Assembly: GCA_015057205.1 (NCBI GenBank)
Contig: SVEW01000001.1
Coordinates: 1 to 36,650, forward strand
Source: Lachnospiraceae bacterium
Lineage (GTDB): Bacteria > Bacillota > Clostridia > Lachnospirales > Lachnospiraceae
Reading direction: 5' to 3'
Length of the DNA stretch: 36,650 nt
Notes under the pieces: model-generated
The model's database searches: none
What the model saw: only the letters and a program-made list of their open reading frames with translations
What the model was told of the DNA's origin: nothing
In this document: positions 36,624-36,650 of the stretch, piece by piece
How the letters are laid out: each line of letters starts with the position of its first letter
Numbering within the stretch: the stretch's first letter is position 1
Position numbers and translations under genes: made by a program

Positions 36624-36650
36624 CGCTTTTCAAAACTGTCAAAGACAGGA

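Larger units (their letters stand above)
34680..36649 (+). mobile_element. IS1634-family insertion sequence
   Basis: Terminal inverted repeats GTCTTTGACAGTTT (34683-34696) and AAACTGTCAAAGAC (36633-36646) flank one long DDE transposase. The exact ends are inferred; the target duplication cannot be checked at the window edge. Confidence 0.88.

Overview
AT-rich Firmicute DNA, most likely Lachnospiraceae/Clostridia (inferred from protein families and sigmaA-type promoters). About 5.7-34.5 kb is a large Wzx/Wzy-type exopolysaccharide/capsule region. It has 13 GT2/GT4/GT32 glycosyltransferases (plus a GT14 at 1.1-2 kb), one priming sugar-phosphotransferase, CpsC and CpsD, two flippases, two Wzy-like proteins, a pyruvyltransferase paired with an FrhB-like Fe-S protein, an acyltransferase-3, a VanZ-family protein and two uncharacterised exported proteins. 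The left 5.6 kb holds two surface proteins and two paralogous ~137-aa proteins of unknown function, each with an internal duplication. The right end is a complete IS1634-family element. The most striking unexplained signal is a promoter architecture, AAAA-TGTAAC-N6-T(G/A)TAAC-N7-TGn-(-10), found three times with identical spacing: before each small paralog, and 32 kb away immediately upstream of the IS insertion. This suggests an uncharacterised regulon. Also notable: CpsD lacks the Walker-A lysine, and three exported proteins share an acidic I-x5-P-L motif.
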